Assembly: GCF_009914755.1 (NCBI RefSeq)
Contig: NC_060927.1
DNA from: the human T2T-CHM13v2.0 reference genome, Homo sapiens
Reading direction: 5' to 3' (one strand)
DNA length: 64,000 bases
Shown here: piece by piece, positions 27,125-39,951 of the stretch
Position numbering within the stretch: the first letter of the stretch is position 1
Layout of the letters: each line of letters opens with the position of its first letter
Program-made: the position numbers and the translations under genes
Notes under the pieces: generated by a model
Seen by the model: only the letters and a program-made list of their open reading frames with translations
Databases searched by the model: none
What the model was told of the DNA's origin: nothing

Positions 27125-28439
27125 GAGATTCCCAAAGATGGAGAAAAGCAGAGCACAGTAGAGGTAGCTTATAAGTCATGTCTTATATGACCTTTCTCAG
27201 TGACAAACCTGTGTGCTCACCAAGACATAGCTTGTTATGACATATCTGAATAGAATTGAAGGTTTTTAAATAAAAACATAAGAAGGTTGGAAAGGCAGCA
27301 GAATGAGCTACTGCCTGTGGGTGATCTTTACACATCTCAGAATAACAGGATTATTGATGCCTTGGCCAGAAGCATTCCTTTCCCTCTGTTTTCTTTTTCT
27401 TTGAGATTGCAAGCCATATATTTCCATTTGGAAAACAGTATTTCATAACCTCTAAACCTAACATGAGTCCTGTGAAACCCTAGTCTACAGTTGAATGGCC
27501 AAAAATAAAGACTTGAAATTCCTTCAAAGCTATCCCATTTTACAAGGCAATGCTTTCTCTCTCTACCAAGAAAGTGTTCCTGCTTGATAGATTCCCCTCT
27601 CTTGCTGTATATTACACTTACTGCTCTCCTGTCACTCCCTATTCTCTTCCTAGTTGTTTGTGCCTTATTAAATTCCACATTTTGAAACAACCAATAAGAA
27701 TCAGAAAGCCTGAAGAAGCCCTTTCTCATACAATCAGAGCTCCCTTTTTATCTAGGAATAAATTATATTTTCCAATCAATTCATGAGTGGGATTCATTGA
27801 CAATATACTCTCTTTGTAACATATTTCTGAATGAGTAGTAAATGGTCTTCAATAAGGATATGGCGATACATTTTAGCTAAACTGTTTCATACCGACATTA
27901 ACTCCCCTGTTAACTTACTTAGGAGTCTAAAGACACAATCAAATAGCTGTTTCTGACTATTATTCTCAAAGCGAAGCTCCAGGCCGTAATCTCAGGACAT
28001 GCATGAAAATATCAAGTAACAACTCAAAGGCCCATTTCAGCTTCAAATACCTTTGAAAATTCGTGAGTTTGAGGAGCAGAGTGGGATAGCAGGCGAGTGG
28101 AAGAGGAGGCTTCTGAGAAACTTAATTATCTACATTTTAGAATGTTTCAGTCTTTGGCCTTTTAATACTGTAGTATAGCCTGGCTTCTGTCATTCTGAAG
28201 GGATTTCCCAGCTTAACAAAATCCCAAGGAACCAACCTCAGATTGGTCTCTTACCTAAGGAAAGATTCTGGCAACACAACAGGAAGGATTTGGAAAATTT
28301 AATGAAGATTTTGAAATACCCCTAACACACTTAAATTAAAGATAATACCTATTTCACCCAAATCTCCTAACCCCCTGTGGAAGATCAATTCTAATTTTTG
28401 AGGACAATTATTCATGTGTTATTGGCTTGAAGTACAGAA

Positions 28440-28935
28440 TGTATTAGTAAGTCTCTTCAGTTCTAAGTAACAGAAACCAAATCAGGCTAGGTTAAAATTG
28501 AAGGGGCATCATTAGAAGGACCCAAGAGTGTCTCAAGGACTCAGAGGCAAAGATGCAGCCAGTTCCCCCCAGTGCCGGGAACCAGAAGGTGGGCAGGAAC
28601 TCAGGGAATACAGCCCCCTTCTATCTCTGCTTCTCAATTCTCATAGGGAAATATGGTTGTCCACAGATCTCAGGTTTACCTGTCATAGTTCTAGCCACAT
28701 GCAAGGAATGACTGCATATCTCTGAATTCCAAATTTCAGAAAGTGAGACCTTGGGGTGGGAGATGGGGCACGCTTGGATTCGGTGTCTAACTCTAATTCA
28801 AACAACTTTTGCCACGGAGCCATGTAGTAGCCAAATATGTTTCTAAGGCCCAAGGGACCACTCTTACAAAGATGGAAGATAGTTCACTAAAAAGAAGACA
28901 TGCTTTCTAGACTCCACAGCCACCCCAGAAGTGCC
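28440..28935 (-). mobile_element. Old MaLR/ERVL-type LTR (MLT1M/N2-like), subfamily uncertain
   Basis: tgtattagtaagtctcttcagttctaagtaacagaaaccaaatcaggctag resembles the antisense 3' end of old MLT1 LTRs. Confidence 0.55.
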
Positions 28936-30819
28936 AAGATAAATAATAGGGAGCCAGAGTTTAAGCAAGGGCCACCATCACTGCAAGTTGTCTCATCCAA
29001 CTTCTCCCTTTATAGGAATTGACATGACTTCAAATATTCATGTCTGACACCAACGAAGAGGAATGTCTGTTCTTGAGCTCTTTTTCTCGGTTCCCAAGGG
29101 GCCCTCAATACCCTGCTTTACCATTTAGTGTGGATTCTGACAAAAGAACAAATTAAGTACTTTGATTTGATTCTTAATTTTTCCTTATAAAGACTTGCAA
29201 TAAATATTGTGGGTACCTAGAAATAATCCACCATAGTGCACAACACAATCTGTTGACTTACCTTAGCTTCCATTTTCCTTCTTGGTCTGACATATAAATT
29301 CACCTTGCTGCTCAATTCTGTCACCTACTATTTTCAGCATGTATGAGCAACAGTAAAGTGCATGCCCACAGAACTCAGAAATGAGAAAACTAATATTGCT
29401 CTGTTATATGCATAATGGATCAATACAGAGGTATTTAAACACACAAAGAAAAAAAAACAGGTCAGCAAGACTTGACTTTCAACTGATAGAGAATATTAAC
29501 ATGTTTATGGGTAGAAAAAGTGGTCAGTTGTAGAAAAATATACAAAGAAAAGCTACAAAGAGATGTTGGCAGTGGCCATTTAAGCTCTGTCTAGGGAAAG
29601 GAAGCCTTTAGTTAATGGCCTTCAAGTATTCTAATGTAGGGACACGGCACCCCTACTGTGGAAAGAGATGCAGGAGGTGGAAGGTAGCTAAGGCCTTGGA
29701 GTTTCAGTTCCACAGGCAAGGCTATCCTTATCATGAGAACTGAGCAGCATGAAGCTATCTGTAGTCTGACAGTCATATTGTATGTTGTGTCAAATGAAAA
29801 CATAGCATCACTCAATTCCTTTTGTTCTCTTCTCTTGCTAAACACACAACTATCTGATGCTCTGGCTTCCCATGGACCTCAGGCCTGCTTAGAGGATGGA
29901 ATGCAATAGTCCCACTAGTCTGTGCAGTGGGCCAACTGCTGGTTGTAAAATCACAAAGGGGCCTTCTAGGTTACCGCGTCTCACAAACTTGGGTAATGTA
30001 ATTCCGTCTTGAAGAGAGAGTCCCCCATGGGTAAGACCATGGACCATGGTAAATGAGTGTACCCCAGGAGAACTGCTTGGGAAATAGTCACTTAGCCTAT
30101 TCTCCTGGTGATGCCCCAGACATTGTCAACATGGACCCCTTGGAGCATTTCCTCGTTGATGTCTACATTTGTTACCTTACTCTTAATTAAATTTTCTAAA
30201 AAGATGGCACAATAGGAGCACTGAGAACATGATTTTTAGGAAGAAAAGGAATCCCATGTAAACCCGTTTCCATCTGTGGTTCTTGCCTTTCTGTCCTTAT
30301 CCATAGGGCAGCTCATTCTTGCATATCTGCAGCTCTTGCATGCCTGCCATTTTGTATCTTCCTTTTTCTCGTTATATCAGAAGCATTATAATAAGTTACA
30401 TTAGAACCCGTTTTGCATATTTTAACATTGCCTTCACAGTGAAACTATAGAGAGCTTTATGGTGGCACTCTAGTGAATATTCTGTTCTGCTTCTGTTACA
30501 TGACTACCTTAGGAAAAGTCTCCGAGAACTCCTGTCTCCCATGATTATCTCTCCTAATCAGGCTTTCTACTATCAAACTACTCAGCAAAAGGAACTCACC
30601 AACCTATAGTGCTACCAGAAGTCTAATAACATAACACTGTCACCACAACTTTTTCAGCACTAAACATGATCATTTTTAAAAATAGTAAGTTTATTAGGTA
30701 TATAATGATACTTTCCAAGTTCCAGCCTGTTTATAAAGGACTCTGTATAAATAAGGAAGGGGCCCAGGAATGGTGACATATTTAACGTGTAAGTCAGGAT
30801 GCTAAATGTCTGACTGTAT

Positions 30820-31146
30820 TTGTTTATTTTTTTCTGAAATGGAGTCTTGCTCTGTCACTTAAGCTAGAGTGCAATGGCACAATCATGGCTCAATGTAGCC
30901 TTGACCTCCCATGCTCAAGTGATCCTCCCACCTCAGCCTCCTGAGTAGCTAGAACTATAGGCACACACCACCATACCCAGATTTTTTATTTTTTGAATGT
31001 ATTTATTTATTTATTTATTTATTTTTTGTAGAGACGAGGTCTTGCTTTGTTGCCCAGGTTGGTCTTGAACTTCTGGACTCAAATGATCCTCCTGCCTCAG
31101 TCTCCCAAAGGATTGAAATTACAAGTGTGAGCCACTGTGCCCAGCT
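30820..31146 (-). mobile_element. AluJ with (TTTA)n expansion in the central linker
   Basis: atcatggctcaatgtagccttgacctccc...gctcaagtgatcctccc; tatttatttattt at ~31000-31022. Confidence 0.92.
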
Positions 31147-32306
31147 CCTATTATATTTTTAAAAGGAATATACTGAGGAAAATACAAATGGAGTTCAACT
31201 GATAAAAAGAAACCTCTGTAATATGAGCAGGTGAATACAATTTACAAGATCATACTTCAGTATGAATTCAGTAGGAATTGCATGTTTTGCCTGCTGTGTG
31301 TCCCTAAGGGTGACACACTCCTGAATGGGACTTTAGTTTGCCATAAGCCTGCTTTGTTTTGTTTGTGGTAGAAATTCCATGCTATGAGGAAATGCTTTCA
31401 TTTCTTTTGATATCTCATGAGCGCTTGTTGCAAAAAACATTTGTAGGCAAACAGCTTCACACATATTAAAAACTTGTAGCAGAAAGTTAATTCCCTAACA
31501 TAAGTTGTCCAGCTCAGGGCTCTATAATCCTGTAATTCATTTTGGTTCCAATAAATACGTACTTTCTGTGAGACCCTTTGGGGAAAGGGTAATTAGATAT
31601 TTCACATCAGTGGGATATCTTTCCTTCTTTTGCTCCCCCTCCTTCTTTCCTTCTCCTTTTCTTCTCTTTAATTCTTCTACCCAGAAAAATTCTCAAGGAG
31701 CAAAAATACATTACTCTCTGCATTTTTATAAGCTGGCCAGTTTTGCTTCCTGGCTTTTGAACAGAAAATTATGCCTCAAAAATAATCCCACATTATTCTC
31801 TAAATTCATTTTCCTCAGTCATTAGCCCATAACGGCAATTTTCCTTTTGAAAATAAAGAATAATGATCATTTATTGAGACAAATCCTCAATCAGAATGAT
31901 TCAAAGAGAATACAAATTTAATGATCACCCTGAGAACCCAAGTAATACATCTCAGGAAATAATAATAAAATTTATGATGGCCTTAAAATTGCTTAACTCC
32001 TTTCAGGAAACCCTGAATTATAGGGTAGTAACATAACCAAGGACTGGCAACAACTCACAAAAGTCTAGAAGAGTTTTGCCTTTGAGTTCATAGACAAAGA
32101 TGCTTAAATTGTTCCCCGTTCAAAAAATAAAGATTATTTATTATTTACTTTCCTGTGCACCGGACACTCCTGCAACATGACTATAACTCTTGCGTTCTTA
32201 GATTTGATCTTCAAGGTCTCTGAATGATGAAAAAACTTGTAGGGTAGCATGCCAACCAACTTGGGTTTTTTGTCTGTTTTTGTTTTTGGAGGAGGGGAAC
32301 AAGGCA

Positions 32307-32352
32307 GGGAGAGAGGGAGAGGGAGAGAGAGAGAGAGAGAGAGAGTGAGAGA
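32307..32352. repeat. (GA)n polypurine repeat
   Basis: gggagagagggagagggagagagagagagagagagagagtgagaga. Confidence 0.92.
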
Positions 32353-33259
32353 TCACACTACCAGGAGCTTCATAAAGAAACCTGCAATGCAGAACCAAAG
32401 TGGATGAAAGCAAAAGGATACAACTTTTCCCTCCAGATGATTTTACTGGGAGGAAGAAAGATTTGAAACTATTGAGTGCTTTTTCTGATAACCACCTATG
32501 GCTCTCTCCAAAGACACACATGTAAAGTTGGGCAAGTTGTTTTCTGTCATGTCAGGAAAATATTTAGTAGCAGTCTTACAAAAGTAAGCACTCAGCGCCG
32601 TCCCAGGGAGCTGTGGATTTGCTGTGCAGCCTTGTTTCCTTCAACAGGTTCCTTTGTTGCTTTGTGTGTTCTCCCGACAAAGGGCCTGCCCTTCTTCTAC
32701 AGATGGGTTTACCATTCTCTCTGAATGAAGACTATTCAGAAGTACACAAACCAACAAACCATCCAAGCTGCCTCTATCTGATGGTCCTGGTATATCCAGA
32801 GTACTAAATAGTGGCCTACAGGATGGGAAATTCACACTGACTGACTCCACAGGAGACTGAGAAAGCTTAACTGGCTGATAGCTGTAAAGTCCTTTGAAGG
32901 AACAAGCACTGTTTAAAATTCTAAGTAGTAATCTTATAATTTGCTAATGGAAAGAAATATAACCCAGCTAATGTGTGCCTCCCATTTCAGAGAGTATGTT
33001 TCAACAGCAAAGCCCTTTACAATATTTAGATAAACTTCGATGTATAGAAAGTGCAACAGCAAGGTAAACAGCAGGGCTTCCCGCTATGGCATTTTAAAAT
33101 GTGGTGGGTGAAATTTGTCACTCCTAAGCAAGTGCCTATAGTAAAAATAAAATATCACTATTTATATGGTATGTGTTAAAAATTGTCCACTCTCCCCAAC
33201 TACACCAGATCAAAACCTCTTGTTTTTTAAATTATGAAATTATTGAACTGTATTGAGCA

Positions 33260-33440
33260 CACCCCTACTTATGAGTTGTGTAACCTGGGGCATGATATTG
33301 AACCCCTCTGAGTCATTTCCTCATCTATCTAGACAAGGCTAATGGTAATACCTACATTGTAGGGCTGTCGTTAGAATTTTAAAATAATTTAATAAAATAA
33401 AGGCTAGTATTTATTAAACTCTAAATACATGTTTGCTGCT
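33260..33440 (+). mobile_element. MIR
   Basis: ctacttatgagttgtgtaacctggggca...ctctgagtcatttcctcatctat...aatacctacattgtagggctgt. Confidence 0.75.
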
Positions 33441-34004
33441 ATCAGCAGCAGCAGCATCGGTCGGCAATCACGCCAACACTCCTCAAAGAAAACAGTTCTG
33501 AAAAGGCTGTGTGCATCCTAGGTCTGAAGATTTTCTTGGTCTAAAGAGTCTCTTGGGCTAGTGACCAAATCCTTCATTAATTTCAAGAGCTCTGGGAACT
33601 CTCTGAAACTGAATGTGGAATGGTATAACTACTGGTCTGTGCACATTTTTCTAGAAAACCTCACATCTTTCATCACATTAAGAGGTTAAGAATCATTGCC
33701 ATATGTAGTCATTAGCTTACCTTTATCTACTTTCTACTTCTAACGGAGAACTAGAGTCCTGTTTAGAACAAGTAACCAGGACAGGGACAGAAGAAGGAGA
33801 CTATGCATCTGTCACTCTTGCTGATTAGTCTCCACCCTCTCCCAGCTTCTGCGGGCCTCCTCTCCCAAGAGTTGCGATCCTAGACCCACCTCCCATCTGC
33901 AGTCTCAACCTATCCTCTTCTAAGGACTAATCATGGCATATGGCAGGAGAGATTTAAGACTAGCTAGGTCAATGCTCTAAGCTCAACATCAAGTCACCTC
34001 TGAG

Positions 34005-34245
34005 GCAGGGTGTTGTCATGGAATGATCATGACCTCTGAAATAGGAAGGTCTGTGTTTGATTTGGCTTGACCACTTACTGGACGTGTGACCTTGGAAACG
34101 TTTACTTAATCATGTCTTTTGTCACCTATAAAATAAATACAATAAGATTTACATTGTGAGTCTATGAGAGAGAAATGAGATAATATAGAGAATATTTTTA
34201 AAATGGGAGCATATGTCAGGCAACAGTAGATGCTCAGCAATGTTC
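34005..34245 (+). mobile_element. MIR
   Basis: ccacttactggacgtgtgaccttgga...aaatgagataatata...cagtagatgctcagcaatgtt. Confidence 0.75.
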
Positions 34246-34819
34246 TTTTCTTACCTGGGCTTCAACCTGGCACCCTTGGTCACCTTCCCAGGACCCAAAT
34301 CCCTCTAGGAATAAACTCTGGCCCTTGCTGGCTTCTTTATTCTTCCTCCCACCTACATACTTGAACCCATCCAAAGAAATAGGTCTGACTACCTTGGAAA
34401 CCTTTTCTGATGCTTACTACTTGTCCAACATTCATTTTTCTGTACCATGTGTGTAGATACTGGATTCCCCATCCTAGAATTCTACCCACCTCTTGGGCTA
34501 CCCTGTTACAATGTGTGACTGACTATCCTACTCCCACTTTCCAAGTTAACCACTTAATTGAATGGCTGCCCATCAACATACTCCTTAAATGCCAAGTTAG
34601 TTCTGTCAAACCCAATCCACAGACAAGCCTTATCCTCAAACCTTTTCTGCCCTCTGCCACAGTGCTAACTGGTTCATTGTGCTTGTTCAGCATGCAGGGA
34701 CCTTTAATTTAATGGGCCTCTCCCATTTTTCACATATCATGAAAGTTATCAAATTTAGGTTAATTAAGTTTAAGACATCCATAGTTATTCGAGTGAAAAC
34801 TTGAAGGCAGCATAATGGA

Positions 34820-35040
34820 TAATAATGGTAAAATGATAATTTTTGAGCTCTTAGTAGATGCCAGGCATAGTCCTAAGCAGTTTAAATATATTTTTTCATA
34901 TGATTTTCATAACAATCCTACATAGTAGATTATGATCATTATCTCTACTTTATAGGTGAGGAAACTGAGACTTAGAGAAGTTAAGCAAATGGCCAAAAGT
35001 TATGCAGGTAGTAAGTAGCAGACATAGAATTGAGAAGACA
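34820..35040 (-). mobile_element. MIR
   Basis: tgccaggcatagtcctaag...tttataggtgaggaaactgagacttagagaagttaagcaa. Confidence 0.85.
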
Positions 35041-35104
35041 GCCCCCATTCTAAATAAGTATGAAAAATTTCAGGGTGTCAATTTTTAGCTAAGGAAAACT
35101 TATT

Positions 35105-35106
<2 letters not shown>

Positions 35107-35153
<47 letters not shown>
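35107..35153. repeat. (TG)23 microsatellite (Z-DNA prone)
   Basis: Pure TG run read directly. Confidence 0.97.
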
Positions 35154-35157
<4 letters not shown>

Positions 35158-37682
35158 GAATAGATATTCATTTACTTATATATCTATTTCCCAGGCCTCA
35201 ATGCAATCAGAGATCTCTGAAGAAGTGACCATATTATGAACATAAATTTTTGACTTCATAACTTTACAGTGATAAATAACCTCAGGTTATCAGGATCCTA
35301 ACCTTAAACCACCTGAGATTTTATCACTGTTCCTTTAGTAAGCAAGGGATTTTTCAACCCTGAGACAGATAAAAAATAGATTGTATGGTCAATGAAATCC
35401 ATTATATTCATACTTTTTGGTTGAGTTTAGGTAATGGAACAATCTGAGAATTTTGTATCAAGTATTTGTGATGTTTAAGAGGATTTATCATATTTAAGAA
35501 TCTGACAGATTGCCCCTGCAATTAGAAGTACAATTGATTACTGACTTCTAATTTTAGGTTAAAAAGTTTAACAGAATTTGATGTTTTTAAGTAGTACTGA
35601 GATGTTTAAATAACTGAATTTATTCTTTATGAGTCTAGTATATTTGATTCAAAACATGGCTTCAAAGCTTAGAAAGGTTTTGCTTGTTAAGGTTGTGAGC
35701 TTGTACTGCCAAGTATTCGAAGTGTTTACAAAGAAAGTAAAATTGTTAAATGTGTAAAGTTATTTTAAAATATTGATGAATACATTTAACAAGTAAATAC
35801 AAAAGTGTATTTAAGTAGACATTATTCTTTTATGGCATTCATAAATTCATAAATTGCACAAGATAACCTGAGTTGCTCTAAATGCTTTTCAAACTTAAGT
35901 TTAGGGGAGCAACATCAGCAAGATGGCTCACTAGAAACTCCAGCACTCATCCCTTCCACAGTGACAGCCAAAACAATGAATAAACAACTACACTTTAATG
36001 TACATAACTGAAGGAGAGTGCCAGAATACATCAAAGGAGTAACAGAAACCCTGGTGAGCACAGAAACTCAGGACAGCCACAAAGAGAATGGAAGGAAACA
36101 TCACAACTCCACCACCCTATCCCCAGCTGAGATGAGCCAGAAACCCAGAGGAAACTTTCCCTATAGGAAAAAGGCAAGCAAGAGGATTCCAGTAGCCTCC
36201 ACCAACACCTTGGACACCCACAGTCCTCACTACTGGAGTCCTTGTAGTCTTCACTGGCACTAAGTCCAGCTGAGGGAGCTGCCTACAGGCCACACAGCCA
36301 CACTCACCTCAGAGAAGGAACTAATACTGTGCTCTATTCCCTGTAGCCCACATGGCAACTGTGCTATATCATCTTAGAACTGGAACTACTGCTGAAGTGT
36401 GATTTTCTCTGAGGGTGAGCAGGCTTGACACCCCTGCCTCCATAAGGCTAAGCTGCCTCCAAACCACCCCAAACCAGTGGCCACAGCCAAGCTGCCAGCA
36501 GCTGTTAATGCCTTTCCCCATGGAGCCAAACAGTGAAAACTGCTCTACCTGCCCTCCCTCACCTTCACCTGCCCTCTCCCTTCACCTGCCCTCTTGTGCT
36601 AGAGATGAAGCAATACATTCCCTCCTGGGGAAACAGTGCTTTGGCAGAACAGCTCCATCTGCTTCTCTCCGCTGCAACTGTACACTGCTTCTAGGGGTCT
36701 GAGCCAAAATGGCACAGTATCTCCCAAGGAAATAGTGCTTTGGTAGGACCCTGTATCCCAGGTAAATGGTGCCTGGGCCACACAGAACAGTCATGCCTGA
36801 GTTAAAGTGTCACATTGCCCCTTGGGGAATCATTGCCTTGGTCAAGTTAAACAACTGTGCATCCCAGGGCTGAGCTGATGTAGTATCTTGTGTCCCAAGG
36901 AAACAGAGTAGAACATGACCTAAGACAGTCTACCCTACTGGACAATCTAGTACCCTGCTTTCCTGAAGCTGGACTAGCCCACTAGAGTCTGAACTGCTAA
37001 GACCTGCTGTTTCCTGGGGAGTGGACTCATCACTGTGCTACTCCCTGCCCTCCAGGACCCAAACAATACCCATGCTCAGTCATTCTAGGGTACTTGCTGC
37101 CACTGCGCCTGGCCACATGGAGTCTGGGATACAGATATGCCCCACCATTCCAAGGTCTAAATTTACCACTACATAGTTCTTCATTCTCAGGGACCTAAGC
37201 TGCCACTGAACCCTATTGGCTTAGGCTCCTAAATTATAGCTGTACCATGCATGCTGTGCTCAAACCCCTAAAACTCTGCTTCTTTCCCAGAGCTGAGCCA
37301 GGGCTGTATCCTATTCCCCAGGGGTAGAATCACAGCTACAACCTGACCCACTGAATCAAAGCTGGTAGGGGCTGCCTAACAGTCATAGATTCTGGCTCTG
37401 TGGGAAACCTATATTTGACCCAGCTACAGAGAGTGAACCTGTACCCCAGGACCCAAGAGCCACAATAGGCTTGTGAAACTCTGATATTAGCACCCTGACT
37501 CCATAGCCACTTCAAGTACCAATCCCTGGAACTCAAAGCAATGGAACTGCTTGTAGGCCATGTAAGAGGGATCCTCTTGTTTAATTATCCCCATTGTGAG
37601 GAAAATCAGAATAGGAGGACCCCAAAAGCCCTGCCACTGAGGACATTAACAACCTATGTTGTCACTGCCACTACCATACCCC

Positions 37683-38441
37683 TTTTTTTTTAATTATACT
37701 TTAAGTTTTAGGGTACATGTGCACAATGTGCAGGTTTATTACATATGTATACATGTGCCATGTTACTGTGCGGCACCCATTAACTCGTCATTTACATTAG
37801 GTATATCTCCTAATGCTATCCCTCCCCCTGCCCCCACCCCACAACAGGCCCCGGTGTGTGATGTTCCCCTTCCTGTGTCCATGTGTTCTCATTGTTCAAT
37901 TCCCACCTATGAGTGAGAACACGCGGTGTTTGGTTTTTTGTCCTTGCAATAATTTGCTGAGAATGATGGTTTCCAGCTTCATCCATGCCCCTACAAAGGA
38001 CATGAACTCATCCTTTTTTATGGCTGCATAGTATTCCATGGTGTATATGTGTCACATTTTCTTAATCCAGTCTATCATTGTTGGATATATGGGTTGGTTC
38101 CAAGTCTTTGATATTGTGAATAGTGCCGCAATAAACATACATGTGCATGTGTCTTTATAGCAGCATGATTTATAATCCTTTGAGTATATACCCAGTAATG
38201 GGATGGCTGGGTCAAATGGTATTTCTAACTCTAGATCCCTGAGGAATTGCCACACTGACTTCCACAATGGTTGAACTAGTTTACATTCCCACCAACAGTG
38301 TAAAAGTGTTCCTATTTCTCCACATCCTCTCCAGCACCTGTTGTTTCCTGACTTTTTAATGATCGCCATTCTAACTGGTGTAAGATGGTATCTCATTGTG
38401 GTTTTGATTTGCATTTCTCTGATGGCCAGTGATGATGAGCA
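37683..38441 (-). mobile_element. 5'-truncated L1PA (PA3-PA5-like), ~760 bp, inside the L1MA 5'UTR
   Basis: ttattatactttaagttttagggtacatgtgcac-type end; ORF 38052-38414 is the L1 ORF2 C-terminus ([17 protein letters not shown]); TSD-like cactaccatac / caccaccatac. Confidence 0.93.
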
Positions 38442-39560
38442 CCACCATACACTTTTACAGCCTAAGTCATTCAGGCATCCACAGTTACTGTTGACACTGA
38501 ATGCAGCTGAAGAAACTGCATAGATACTATACCACTGAACCTACCTGGAAACAAAGTCACCACACTTTTCCTAATTAGCACACTAAGATCCAACTACAGG
38601 TGAAAGTCTTTCTCTGCAAAAGCCACTCTAGAAAGTCTGGAAGAGGCAATTTTTCCACCAAATGCATAGACATTGATGTAGAAACACAAGAAATATGAAA
38701 AAGCAAAGAAATATGTCAATGCCAAAGGAACAAAATAACTCCCTAGTAACAAACCCTAATGACAAGAAAATCAATGAATTGCCAGAAAAGGAATACAAAC
38801 TAGTACTCTTAAGAAACTCAACAAGATACAAGAAAATACAGATAGACAATTCAACAAAATCAGAAAAAGAATTTATTATATAAATTAGAAATTCAACAGA
38901 GATAGATATTATAAAAAATAATTCAATTAATAAAATAAAAAATACAATAGGCAGCTTCAAGAACAGACTTAAGTATAGAAAACAATCTCTGAACCTAAAA
39001 ATAGGTTATTTAAAATTACTTAGCTAGAGAGAAAAAAAAATAAGAAAGAAAAAGAGTTTTTAAAAAAGACTACAAGACTTATAGGACACCATTAAGTGAA
39101 CAAATTTTCATATTATGGCAGTTCCAGAAGGAAAAGATGTATTAAAAAAAAAACCTAATTTAATTATCTAATAGCTGAAAATTTCACAAGTCTGGATAGA
39201 GATGTGTATATACAGATCCAGGAAACTCAAAGGTTCCCGAATAGATTCAAGCCCTGATGCACATTATAGTTCAATTGTCAAAGTCAAAGACAAAGCAAGA
39301 ATTCTAAAAACAACAAGAGAAATGTGTCACAGTACATTTAAGGGAATCCCCATTAGACTAACAGAAGACTTTCAGCAGAACCTTATAGACCAGGAAAGAA
39401 CAGAAAGCTACATTCAAAGTACTGAAGGAAAAAAACTGTCAGTCAAGGATACTATATCCAGCAAATATATCCTTTAGAAATGAGGAAGAAATAAAACGTT
39501 TCTCAGAGAAGTAAAAACAGGGAATTCATCACCACTAGAACAGTTTTACAAGAAATTCTA

Positions 39561-39951
<391 letters not shown>

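Noticed and set aside
29262-29324. Minus-strand aaaATGGAAGCTAAG|gtaagt as a possible first coding exon
   Set aside because: Weak acceptor, no promoter evidence, and equally strong donors occur many times in the window
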